From Horticoccus luteus (GTDB lineage Bacteria; Verrucomicrobiota; Verrucomicrobiia; Opitutales; Opitutaceae), in assembly GCF_019464535.1 (NCBI RefSeq), contig NZ_CP080507.1, positions 90,001 through 122,000 on the forward strand: 32,000 bases of DNA, written 5' to 3'. A program made the translations under genes and the position numbers. Shown one piece after another: positions 24,746 to 32,000 of this stretch; within the stretch, counting starts at the first letter, position 1; each line of letters begins with the position of its first letter. The notes under the pieces were generated by a model. It was not told the origin of the DNA, made no database searches, and saw only the letters and a program-made list of their open reading frames with translations.

Positions 24746-26101
24746 ATGAGATCGGCGCGCTTTTTGATTCTCGTCGCAGTATTTCTCTGGCGCACAGTTT
24801 CAGGTCTGGCAGCGGGAGCACCGGAGCAATTCGTGCACGACGGGCGCATGGCTGAGCTGCAATCGGCGGCAGCGCTGTCGGCGGACGATCAGCTTGAGTT
24901 GGCGCTGGCGCTCGATGAGCGCGGGCGGGCGGAGGACGCGGCGACGCATTACGCGGCCGCGGCGCAAGGTAATATCGGGGCGGCGGAGCTGCGGCTGGGC
25001 GCGATGACGGAGGTGGGGCGCGGGGTCTCGCAGAGCTACGAGGAGGCGCGGAGTCATTATGAACGAGCGGTCGCGCTGGGTGTGGCGGAGGCGAATTTGC
25101 GCTTGGGGATGCTTTATCTGGAAGGCTGGGGCGTGAAAGCCGATCCGGCGGCGGCGGAACAGCACATCGCACGCGCGGCGGAGGCGGGGTATGTTCCGGC
25201 GCAAAAAATCCTGTCGGACATGTTCTTCACCGGCGTGGCGGTGAAAAAGGATCTAAACCAAGCGCTGGCTTGGGCGGAGAAGGCCGGCGCGAAGAGAGAC
25301 CCGGAGGCGTTCACGCGCATCGGCCTGGTGCGGCAGGCAGCGGTGAAATTGCCGCAGGACCTGCAGCTCGCGCGGGAATGGTATCAACTCGCGGCGGAGC
25401 AGGACTACACGCGCGGAATGCTGGCCATGGCGGCGACGTTTCTGCGGCCGAATGCGGACAAGGCGTCGATCGAGATCGGCTTGCGCTGGCTGGATCTGGC
25501 GGCGGAAGGAGGGAGTCGATCGGCCGCGTTTTACCGCGCGGGCGCGTGGTTGCGTGCCGGGCCAGCGACGTCGGCGGCGGACAGCGCGAAAGCGCGCGCG
25601 CTGCTCGAGCAAGCGGCGATAGCCGGCGAGCCTTCCGCTCTTGAGGTGTTGCAACTGGAGACTGCGGACCGGCCGCTCGCGGCCGCGTTTGCCTATGTCA
25701 TGAGGGTGCCTTTCGAGGAACGCTATGTGCAACGGCTCGCGAGGACGGCGCCGCCGTTGACGGCGGGCACGCGCGTTCCACAGCCGATAAAAATAGTGTC
25801 GCCGCTTTATCCGCCGGCGCTCCGGCTGCAGGGTATGGAAGGCAACGTGCTGGTGACGTTTGTGGTCGATCCGACGGGGCGGGTCCGAGACGCGCATGCG
25901 ATCAAATGCACGCATCCGGGGTTCGCGGAGGCCGCGGAAATAGCGGTGGCGCAGTGGCGCTTTGCCCCGGGAGTGAAGAAGGGCCGCGTTGTGTTTGCGC
26001 AGCTGGCCGTCCCGGTCGAATTCAAGCTCACCGACGTCGCGAAGACAGGCCGTGGGTCACGCTCAAACGCGCGCGAGCAAGCGGTCGCAGACGAGCAGTA
26101 G
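24746..26101 (+). CDS. Sel1-repeat protein with C-terminal TonB domain
   Basis: The signal peptide is MRSARFLILVAVFLWRTVSGLAAG. Multiple Sel1 repeats are present (LRLGMLYLEGWGVKADPAAAEQHIARAAEAGYVPAQ...). The C-terminal TonB_C is SPLYPPALRLQGMEGNVLVTFVVDPTGRV...AVAQWRFAPG...VPVEFKL. Confidence 0.8.
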   Translation: MRSARFLILVAVFLWRTVSGLAAGAPEQFVHDGRMAELQSAAALSADDQLELALALDERGRAEDAATHYAAAAQGNIGAAELRLGAMTEVGRGVSQSYEEARSHYERAVALGVAEANLRLGMLYLEGWGVKADPAAAEQHIARAAEAGYVPAQKILSDMFFTGVAVKKDLNQALAWAEKAGAKRDPEAFTRIGLVRQAAVKLPQDLQLAREWYQLAAEQDYTRGMLAMAATFLRPNADKASIEIGLRWLDLAAEGGSRSAAFYRAGAWLRAGPATSAADSAKARALLEQAAIAGEPSALEVLQLETADRPLAAAFAYVMRVPFEERYVQRLARTAPPLTAGTRVPQPIKIVSPLYPPALRLQGMEGNVLVTFVVDPTGRVRDAHAIKCTHPGFAEAAEIAVAQWRFAPGVKKGRVVFAQLAVPVEFKLTDVAKTGRGSRSNAREQAVADEQ

Positions 26102-26983
26102 GCGGGCGCGGAGGGGTTCGCCGCGGGTGGTGAAGGTGCGCTGGCGGGCTTCGTAGTCGGCACGGCCGGCGGGGGTTTCGATGGGAATGGGTGCGTAGCC
26201 GAGGGCGCGGAGATCGTAGGGACTCGCGCGCATGTCGACTTCACGGATTTCGGCGGCGAGCGCGAAGCAGTCGGCGATCAACTCGGACGGCGTGAACGGC
26301 GCGAGTTTGAAGGCCCACTTGTAGAGATCCATGTTGGCGTGGAGACAGCCGCGTTGTTCGTGTTGCGAAACGGTTTCGCGCGCGGGTTGCAGGCGGTTGA
26401 GCGGGCGGGCGGGCGGAGTGAAGAAGCGAAACGCGTCGAAGTGCGTGCAGCACAGCGCGCTCGACTCGACGATGCGCGCGAGCTCGGCGGGCGGGAAGCG
26501 CAGGGGATGATTGTTGTGCCGGATCTCGTCCGGCGTCTGGCGGTAAACCATCGCCCATTCGTGCAGGCCGTAGCAGGCGAAGAACGCCGGACGGGATTGC
26601 ATCGCGGTGAGCAAATCGCGGAGCCACGCGACGAAGGTGCGGCGATGGGCGGGGAGCGCGGCGAGGTTGAGGGCGATGCCGTCGGCGGTCGCGTGATAAC
26701 CGGGCCAGCGCAGAAATTCACGGGCGCCGTCGCCGGCGAGGATCACATCGGGGCCGGGATGCCAGCGGCGGAGCCACGCGGGGCGGAACGCGTAGTAGTG
26801 AAAGAGGAAATCGAGGACGGGATGTTTCTCGCCGCGGGCGGCGCGGGCGTGATGCGGATCGGTCCACGCACGGACGCGGGTTTCGTGGGCGGATTGGCGG
26901 GCGCGCCAGGCGGATTCGGGAAGGAGGATGGGCGCGGAGGTGGCGCGGGGTGGAACGATGCGGGGTGAGGGCACCCCGCCCAC
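26063..26983 (-). CDS. Conserved hypothetical protein (family commonly auto-annotated '3-methyladenine DNA glycosylase')
   Basis: Strongly conserved-looking blocks are HPVLDFLFHYYAFRPAWLRRWHPG, GLHEWAMVYRQ, THFDAFRFFTPPARPLN, CLHANMDLYKWA and DMRASPYDL. The start is uncertain. There is no ATG between REP copy g and the conserved core. The candidate GTG starts at 26983 and 26974 lie inside the REP, and the ORF-track ATG is at 27124. Confidence 0.7.
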   Translation of the reverse strand: MGGVPSPRIVPPRATSAPILLPESAWRARQSAHETRVRAWTDPHHARAARGEKHPVLDFLFHYYAFRPAWLRRWHPGPDVILAGDGAREFLRWPGYHATADGIALNLAALPAHRRTFVAWLRDLLTAMQSRPAFFACYGLHEWAMVYRQTPDEIRHNNHPLRFPPAELARIVESSALCCTHFDAFRFFTPPARPLNRLQPARETVSQHEQRGCLHANMDLYKWAFKLAPFTPSELIADCFALAAEIREVDMRASPYDLRALGYAPIPIETPAGRADYEARQRTFTTRGEPLRARLLLVCDRLLARV

Positions 26984-26984
26984 A
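26957..26984 (+). repeat. REP-like hairpin repeat, copy g
   Basis: GATGCGGGGTGAGGGCACCCCGCCCACA overlaps the 5' end of the CDS above. Confidence 0.85.
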
Positions 26985-27144
26985 GGAGAGGGCGGAGGGG
27001 CAGAGGACGCGGATGAGGCGGAGAGGAAATTGGACGTGGGCGTTGGCGTGCCGAAGAGAGAACGAGAAAGAGAAAGTGGAACGAGAAAGATTTTTTCGAG
27101 GGCGGCGGTGGGTGGGGCGCGCACTGGAAGCGCGCGGGGCGCGA

Positions 27145-27172
27145 GATGCGGGGTGAGGGCACCCCGCCCACA
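27145..27172 (+). repeat. REP-like hairpin repeat, copy h (first of a tandem trio)
   Basis: GATGCGGGGTGAGGGCACCCCGCCCACA. Confidence 0.85.
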
Positions 27173-27189
27173 AGGAGGACGGATGCGGC

Positions 27190-27217
27190 GATGCGGGGTG
27201 AGGGCACCCCGCCTACA
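27190..27217 (+). repeat. REP-like hairpin repeat, copy i
   Basis: GATGCGGGGTGAGGGCACCCCGCCTACA starts 45 nt after the start of copy h. Confidence 0.85.
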
Positions 27218-27226
27218 AGGAGGAGA

Positions 27227-27261
27227 GATGCGGAAAGCGGCGGGAGGGCACCCCGCCTACA
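27227..27261 (+). repeat. Degenerate REP, copy j (left arm disrupted)
   Basis: GATGCGGAAAGCGGCGGGAGGGCACCCCGCCTACA keeps the 5' GATGCGG and the right arm plus the CTACA tail. Confidence 0.6.
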
Positions 27262-27286
27262 CGGAAGGGGGGAGGAGCGGCGCGGG

Positions 27287-29221
27287 TTATTTGGCCCAGT
27301 CGACGGGGACCGCAGGGGGGAAGGTGGAGGAGAGTTCGCGCGGTTGGCCGTCGGTGAGGCACTGGTGCACGGTTTCGATGATTTCGACGACGTGCGCGGC
27401 ATGGGCGCCTTGCGCGCGGTGCGGGCGGTTTTCGCGGATGGCGTGGGCGAGCTCGATCACGCCGCGGCCGAACTCGGTGCCGGGCGTGGGCACGCGGGCG
27501 GGAAGCACGGGCGTGCGGCGGTCGCCGTCTTCGAGGCGGCTGAACCAGATGGGCGAATCGAAGGCGGCCCAGGAATCGAGCGCGAGCATGCCTTGGTCGC
27601 CGTGGACTTCGAGGCCGTGCTGGCGGGTGTGGCCGCTGACGTAGAAGTTGGCGGTGACGCGGGCGCGGAGGCCGTGGGCAAATTCGATGATCGCGCAACT
27701 CCAGTCGGGTGTGGTGAAGCTGTAGGGCTGGCCGTCTTTGGTGACGCGGTGGGGATGGATGAGGCCGCCGGCGGCGGTGACGCGTTGCGCGGGGCCGAAC
27801 CAGGCGCTGAGGAGCGTGAGCGGATACACGGCGACGTCGAACATCGGGCCGACGTCGTAGAAGGGTTTCGGATTCGGATGCCAGGTTTCGATGCGGCCCC
27901 AGTTGACCTCGGCGTAAGCGATGCGCGGCGGGCCGATGAGGCCGTCGCGGACGAGTTTCCACGCGGTCTGCTGGGCTTCGCCGAGCCAGGTGATGGGCGC
28001 GGCGCTGAGGCGAAGATTTTTGGCGGTGGCGAGGTCGACAAGGCGTTGGGCGTCGGCGTAGCGCGTGGCGATGGGTTTCTCGCTGTGCACGTGTTTGCCG
28101 GCTTCGAGGCAACGGGTAATGACTTCGACGTGGGCGTGGTGGATGGTGAGGTTGACGACGACGTCGACCGCGGGATCGGCGAGGACTTCGTCGAGCGTGG
28201 CGTAAACGCGGCCGGCGGAATATTGGTCAACGAAGGCCTGCGCGCGCGCGGGATCGAGGTCCTGGGCGCCGATGATTTTCACCTCGGGGTAGGATGCGAG
28301 GTCGCGGGCGTAGGCGCCGGAGATGTTGCCACAACCGACGATGGCCACGCGCACGGGTTCGCCGGCCGGCGCGGCGGACTGGCGGCCGGCGCGGAGCCAT
28401 TCCTGCACGAGCGGCAGGGAGGCCTGGAGGTCGGCGCGCGGGTCGGCGTCTTCGGGTTCGTGTTCGAGGGTGATCGCGCCGCGGTAGCCGAGCGAAGGCA
28501 GTAGTTTCACGAAGCGCTCGACGGGGACGATGCCGGCGCCGAGGCGGCAGGTTTCGTGGCCGAGGTCGGCGAAGGGCAGACCGGTCTTCGCGGGGCGCGG
28601 CGCCTTCACGTCCTTGAGGTGAATGTGTTTCAGGCGCGGCGCGAGGGCGCGGAGGGCTTCGACGGCGTCGAAGCGCTGCGTGCCAAACCAGCCGGTGTCG
28701 AGCGTGACGCCAATGACATCGGCATCGCCGGCGCCGAGGCGGGCGAGGAGTTCGGCGGGGTTTTTCTCGGGATGATTTTCGAGGCCGAAGACGAGGCCGA
28801 ATTCGCGGAGGGTCGCGACGAGGCCGGCGCGATCTTTTCCGAGCAGCGCGGTGGCTCCGCCGAGGACGGGAATGTGCAGATCCTGGCAAAGCCGGCAGGC
28901 GGCGCGGAATTCCGGGAGCGTGTGGCCGAAACTGCCGGCGTAGGACGTGACGCGGAGCTGGCGTTGGGCGAGGAGGCGGCGGGCGATGGCGATGTGTTCG
29001 GGCGTGGCCCACAGGAAATGCAGATGAGCGGTCCAGAGATCGATCGCGGTGAAGCCGAGCGCGGTGACTTCGCCGAGCATTTCATCGAAGCGGGCGGCGA
29101 AGGTATCGAGGGGGGAGAACCACGCCTGCGCGGCGGCATCGCCCTGGCCCCAGCCGTTGGACATGCGATAGCCGAGTTGGCGGGCGACGAAGTTGGCGGT
29201 GGTGAAGGAGATTTGGTTCAT
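27287..29221 (-). CDS. Fusion protein: sugar phosphate isomerase/epimerase (xylose-isomerase-like TIM barrel) + Gfo/Idh/MocA oxidoreductase
   Basis: The N-terminal half has TIM-barrel motifs (GFTAIDLW, FGLENHPE, LKHIHLKDV, ITLEHE). The C-terminal half starts VRVAIVGCGNISGAY and carries CLEAGKHVHSEKPIA, the EKP signature. Confidence 0.85.
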   Translation of the reverse strand: MNQISFTTANFVARQLGYRMSNGWGQGDAAAQAWFSPLDTFAARFDEMLGEVTALGFTAIDLWTAHLHFLWATPEHIAIARRLLAQRQLRVTSYAGSFGHTLPEFRAACRLCQDLHIPVLGGATALLGKDRAGLVATLREFGLVFGLENHPEKNPAELLARLGAGDADVIGVTLDTGWFGTQRFDAVEALRALAPRLKHIHLKDVKAPRPAKTGLPFADLGHETCRLGAGIVPVERFVKLLPSLGYRGAITLEHEPEDADPRADLQASLPLVQEWLRAGRQSAAPAGEPVRVAIVGCGNISGAYARDLASYPEVKIIGAQDLDPARAQAFVDQYSAGRVYATLDEVLADPAVDVVVNLTIHHAHVEVITRCLEAGKHVHSEKPIATRYADAQRLVDLATAKNLRLSAAPITWLGEAQQTAWKLVRDGLIGPPRIAYAEVNWGRIETWHPNPKPFYDVGPMFDVAVYPLTLLSAWFGPAQRVTAAGGLIHPHRVTKDGQPYSFTTPDWSCAIIEFAHGLRARVTANFYVSGHTRQHGLEVHGDQGMLALDSWAAFDSPIWFSRLEDGDRRTPVLPARVPTPGTEFGRGVIELAHAIRENRPHRAQGAHAAHVVEIIETVHQCLTDGQPRELSSTFPPAVPVDWAK

Positions 29222-29291
29222 GGGGAGGAAAGCGGAGCGAGTAGCGGAGTGGTAAATATGGAGTAGGGCGGGTGCGTGGGGCGGGCGGCCA

Positions 29292-29319
29292 GATGCGGGG
29301 TGAGGGCACCCCGCCTACA
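29292..29319 (+). repeat. REP-like hairpin repeat, copy k
   Basis: GATGCGGGGTGAGGGCACCCCGCCTACA lies between the beta-mannosidase stop (29335) and the fusion-gene start (29221). Confidence 0.85.
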
Positions 29320-29334
29320 GGGGAATGGCAGTTA

Positions 29335-31893
29335 TCAGGCGGCGGAGTCGGCGAGGGTGCGGGTTTGGAGGGCGCGCAGGAGAGCGGGGCGGGTGACTCG
29401 ACGGTGGAAGTGCACGCGGACTTGCTTCGGTTCGTCGGGATAGAGATCGAAGAAGTTGTCGCTGGCGAAATGCGGAAGGCCCGGAAATTCGAACGCGAAG
29501 CGGTGTTGGAAAACGGGCGAGCGCACCGTGAGCAGCGCCTCGGTGGGCGAGACCAGGCGCAGGCTCACGCGAGGCCGGGCGCGGGGCAGCGCGACGAAGC
29601 GGGGGACGGTGAGGAAGATCGTTTCCTCGCTCACGCAGACGGCGTCGAGGTCGAGCGCGATGCGGAGGTAAACGTTGTCGCGACCGTAGCGCGCGAGCAG
29701 CGCGGCGAGATCGAGGGTGTGCTGGCGGATGCTTTCGCCGTAGCGGAGCGCGACGCGTTTTTTTCCCGCGAGGAGGATGCGTCCATCGACGTGAAACAAA
29801 TCCCAGCGCAAGGTGCCGCGGGCGGCGGCGGGGGCATCGTAAACGGTGTAGAGGTGCACTTCGCGCACGGAGGAGCGGCGGTAGTTGCCGATGACGGTGC
29901 TCTCTTCGCCGGGGACGTGGGCGCTGACGAGCGCGGGGGCGAAGTAGCGGCGCGTGGCGTAGTGGAGCGCGCGCCAGCGGCCGTTGAATTCGATCGAGCT
30001 GGCGGAGGTGACGGGCCAGCAGTCGTTGAGCTGCCAGTAGAGCGCGCCCATGCAGCGCGGCATCTGGCGGCGGTAATGTTCGACGGCGACCTGCATGGAG
30101 AAGGCCTCGTTCAACTCGGAGAGGTAGCAGAGCGCGTCCTGATTTTTGGGGTAACGATAGAGGCGGGAAACGTAGTCGAGGACGATCTGGTTGCCGGCGG
30201 GATGTTTCTGATGGTTCTCCATCACGGGGCCGAACACGTTGTTCTGGCCGGGCGGGCAAAACGTGGCCTGGGCCTCGGGCGAGGCGAAGGCTTGCATGCC
30301 GAATTCGGAGACGAAGCGGAACTGCCACTTCTCGTATTCCTTCACGGAACGGCCGGCGTGCCACACGGCCCAGAAATGGGTGTCGCCGCTGATCTCGCCG
30401 AGCTTGGTGTCGGTGTAGTCGTTGCTGCGGCCGTCGCCGCGATAGGGTGACGTGGGCCAGTAGGGCGTGACGCCGTCGTGCGCGGCGACGGCGGCGGGGA
30501 GCGCGTCGTGGAAGAGCGCGTGGTAGTTGCGGCGCAGATCGGGGGAGGCCTGAAGGGCGTCCCAGTTGAGCGTTTCGATTTCGTTGTTGCCGCACCAGAG
30601 GGCGAGGCAGGCGCGGTGGCGGAGGCGGCGGATTTGGGCGTCGGCCTCGGCGCGGACGCTGGCGACAAAGGCGGCGTCGCCGGGATAGAGGACGCAGGCG
30701 AACATGAAATCCTGCCACACGAGCAGGCCGAGTTCGTCGCAGAGATCGTAGAAGGATTCGTCTTCGTAAATGCCGCCGCCCCAGACGCGGAGCATGTTGA
30801 GGTTGGCGGCGGCGGCGGCGCGGGTGTCGCGCGCGTAGTCGTCGCGCGTGAGGCCGGCGACGAGGATGTGCGCGGGCACCCAGTTGGCGCCCTTGGCGAA
30901 GAGCGGGCGGCCGTTGACGACGAAGCGAAACGATTCGCCCCATTGGTCGGCGCTGCGGTCGAGCGCGAGGGTGCGCAAGCCGATGCGTTGGGACCATTGG
31001 CCAAAGGCGCGGCCGTCAGCCTCGAAGGCGGCGACGTGGACGGTGTAGAGCGGTTGCGCGCCGTGGCCGTTGGGCCACCAGAGTTGCGGCGCGTCGAGGG
31101 CGAGCGTGAGCGTTTCGGCGGGGCCGCGGAGCTCGGCGACCGTTGTGCCGTCGAGGGCGATGGTAACGTGATAGGTGACTTTCGGATCCGGGCGGGCGAG
31201 TTCGGGGGTGAGCGTGAGGGTGACGGCGGTGGCCGCGGCGGGAGCGGAGGCGCGGCGGCGGGGGGCGGACGGGCGGGCGTCGGAGGTGGGAGCGTGGTGC
31301 TGTGCGACGCGGACGGACTCGAGGCGGTTGGTGGTCCAGGCTTCGAGGCGGAGGTCGCGCCAGATGCCGGCGGTGAGGAGGCGAGGCGCCCAATCCCAGC
31401 CGAATTGGGACGGTTGCTTGCGGAGGACGGAGCCGCGGCCGACGGCGTCGTTGAACTCTTTCGGCTGATGTTCGGGGCGCGTCGCGCGGACAGCGGCGGC
31501 GGCGCTGGCGAAGACGATGCGCAGTTCGTTGCGGCCACGGCGGAGGTGGGCGCGGACGGATACGCGCAGCGGGACGAACATGTTGTCGGACGTGGCGACG
31601 CGGCGGCCGTTGAGATAGACGGTGGCGAGGGTGTCGAGGCCGTCGCACACGAGATCGATTTCCGTCTCGGCGAGCAGGGGGGCGGGCGCGGTGAAGGTGG
31701 TGCGATATTCCCAGTCGCGCTCCTCAATCCATTGGAGGGAGAGCTCGTTGGTGCCGAAAAAGGGATCGGGAATGAGGCCGGCGCGCTGGAGGTCGCGGTG
31801 AACGCAGCCGGGGACGGCGGCGGAGTGCCAGCGGGAGCGTTGGGTGGCGTCGCGGAATTGCCAGGCCGCGGAAGCAAGGGGCAGGGTGGTCAT
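29335..31893 (-). CDS. Beta-mannosidase (GH2), no signal peptide
   Basis: ATG at 31893 gives MTTLPLASAAWQFRD...W.SAAVPGCVHRDLQRAGLIPDPFFGTNELSLQWIEERDWEYRTTF, the classical beta-mannosidase N-terminus. ALWCGNNE (acid/base) and FVSEFGMQAF (nucleophile region) are also present. Confidence 0.9.
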   Translation of the reverse strand: MTTLPLASAAWQFRDATQRSRWHSAAVPGCVHRDLQRAGLIPDPFFGTNELSLQWIEERDWEYRTTFTAPAPLLAETEIDLVCDGLDTLATVYLNGRRVATSDNMFVPLRVSVRAHLRRGRNELRIVFASAAAAVRATRPEHQPKEFNDAVGRGSVLRKQPSQFGWDWAPRLLTAGIWRDLRLEAWTTNRLESVRVAQHHAPTSDARPSAPRRRASAPAAATAVTLTLTPELARPDPKVTYHVTIALDGTTVAELRGPAETLTLALDAPQLWWPNGHGAQPLYTVHVAAFEADGRAFGQWSQRIGLRTLALDRSADQWGESFRFVVNGRPLFAKGANWVPAHILVAGLTRDDYARDTRAAAAANLNMLRVWGGGIYEDESFYDLCDELGLLVWQDFMFACVLYPGDAAFVASVRAEADAQIRRLRHRACLALWCGNNEIETLNWDALQASPDLRRNYHALFHDALPAAVAAHDGVTPYWPTSPYRGDGRSNDYTDTKLGEISGDTHFWAVWHAGRSVKEYEKWQFRFVSEFGMQAFASPEAQATFCPPGQNNVFGPVMENHQKHPAGNQIVLDYVSRLYRYPKNQDALCYLSELNEAFSMQVAVEHYRRQMPRCMGALYWQLNDCWPVTSASSIEFNGRWRALHYATRRYFAPALVSAHVPGEESTVIGNYRRSSVREVHLYTVYDAPAAARGTLRWDLFHVDGRILLAGKKRVALRYGESIRQHTLDLAALLARYGRDNVYLRIALDLDAVCVSEETIFLTVPRFVALPRARPRVSLRLVSPTEALLTVRSPVFQHRFAFEFPGLPHFASDNFFDLYPDEPKQVRVHFHRRVTRPALLRALQTRTLADSAA

Positions 31894-32000
31894 GCGGGGG
31901 AGACGAAACCAAGTGTTCAAACACGTGAGGTGCAACCGGCCCAGCCGAAAGGAGTGAAAATGCGAGGGAGCGGGGTGAGACGGAGAGCGGGAAGGAGCGC

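Noticed and set aside
27145-27261. Three closely spaced identical repeats resembling a mini CRISPR array.
   Set aside because: The repeat-to-repeat spacers are only about 9-17 nt and irregular. The same repeat is dispersed singly across the window, and no cas genes or leader are present. It fits a REP cluster, not a CRISPR.
8759-29319. Recurrent peptide MRGEGTPPT (top strand) and VGGVPSPRI (bottom strand) in many track ORFs. At first sight this could be a family of small proteins or a conserved N-terminal tag.
   Set aside because: The identity is at the DNA level. It coincides exactly with the 28-nt hairpin repeat and occurs in different reading contexts. It is a translation artefact of the REP element. 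The possible real overlap with two gene starts is reported as a finding.
31965-31995. AATGCGAGGGAGCGGGGTGAGACGG near the window end resembles the left arm of the REP.
   Set aside because: The right arm CACCCCGC is absent and the match is short. It could be chance in GC-rich DNA or a decayed copy, and it cannot be resolved at the window edge.

Overview
This is a very GC-rich bacterial window with about 22 credible protein genes and no rRNA, tRNA or CRISPR that I could see. The protein repertoire (PEP-CTERM sorting signal, Ig-like surface repeat proteins, meso-DAP dehydrogenase, GH2 enzymes) suggests Verrucomicrobiota/Opitutales, but that is inference only. Gene order: two tandem paralogous secreted repeat proteins, a small PEP-CTERM protein, GNAT, ddh, a small alpha/beta-hydrolase-like protein, a secreted hypothetical, moaA, a GH2 hydrolase, a small HUH/Y1 (IS200-like, RAYT-type) transposase, a Gfo/Idh/MocA oxidoreductase, an AraC regulator, a PhyH-type dioxygenase, single-chain pyruvate carboxylase, a SAM methyltransferase, a large DUF3160-like secreted protein, a DUF2157 / GDYXXLXY / Sel1-TonB_C envelope operon, a conserved hypothetical (family often labelled 3-methyladenine DNA glycosylase), a TIM-barrel isomerase-oxidoreductase fusion, and a GH2 beta-mannosidase. 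The most interesting signal is a 28-nt hairpin repeat, GATGCGGGGTGAGGGCACCCCGCCYACA. It occurs 11 times, always at gene boundaries, and 10 of the 11 copies lie on the same strand. It is concentrated around the RAYT-like gene, which fits a REP/RAYT system. Some copies overlap stop or start codons of host genes. A second signal is a diverged direct repeat of about 150 bp that brackets the DUF3160-like gene and carries palindromic operator-like sites. Many long ORFs in the track are antisense or alternate-frame shadows typical of GC-rich DNA, and I rejected them.
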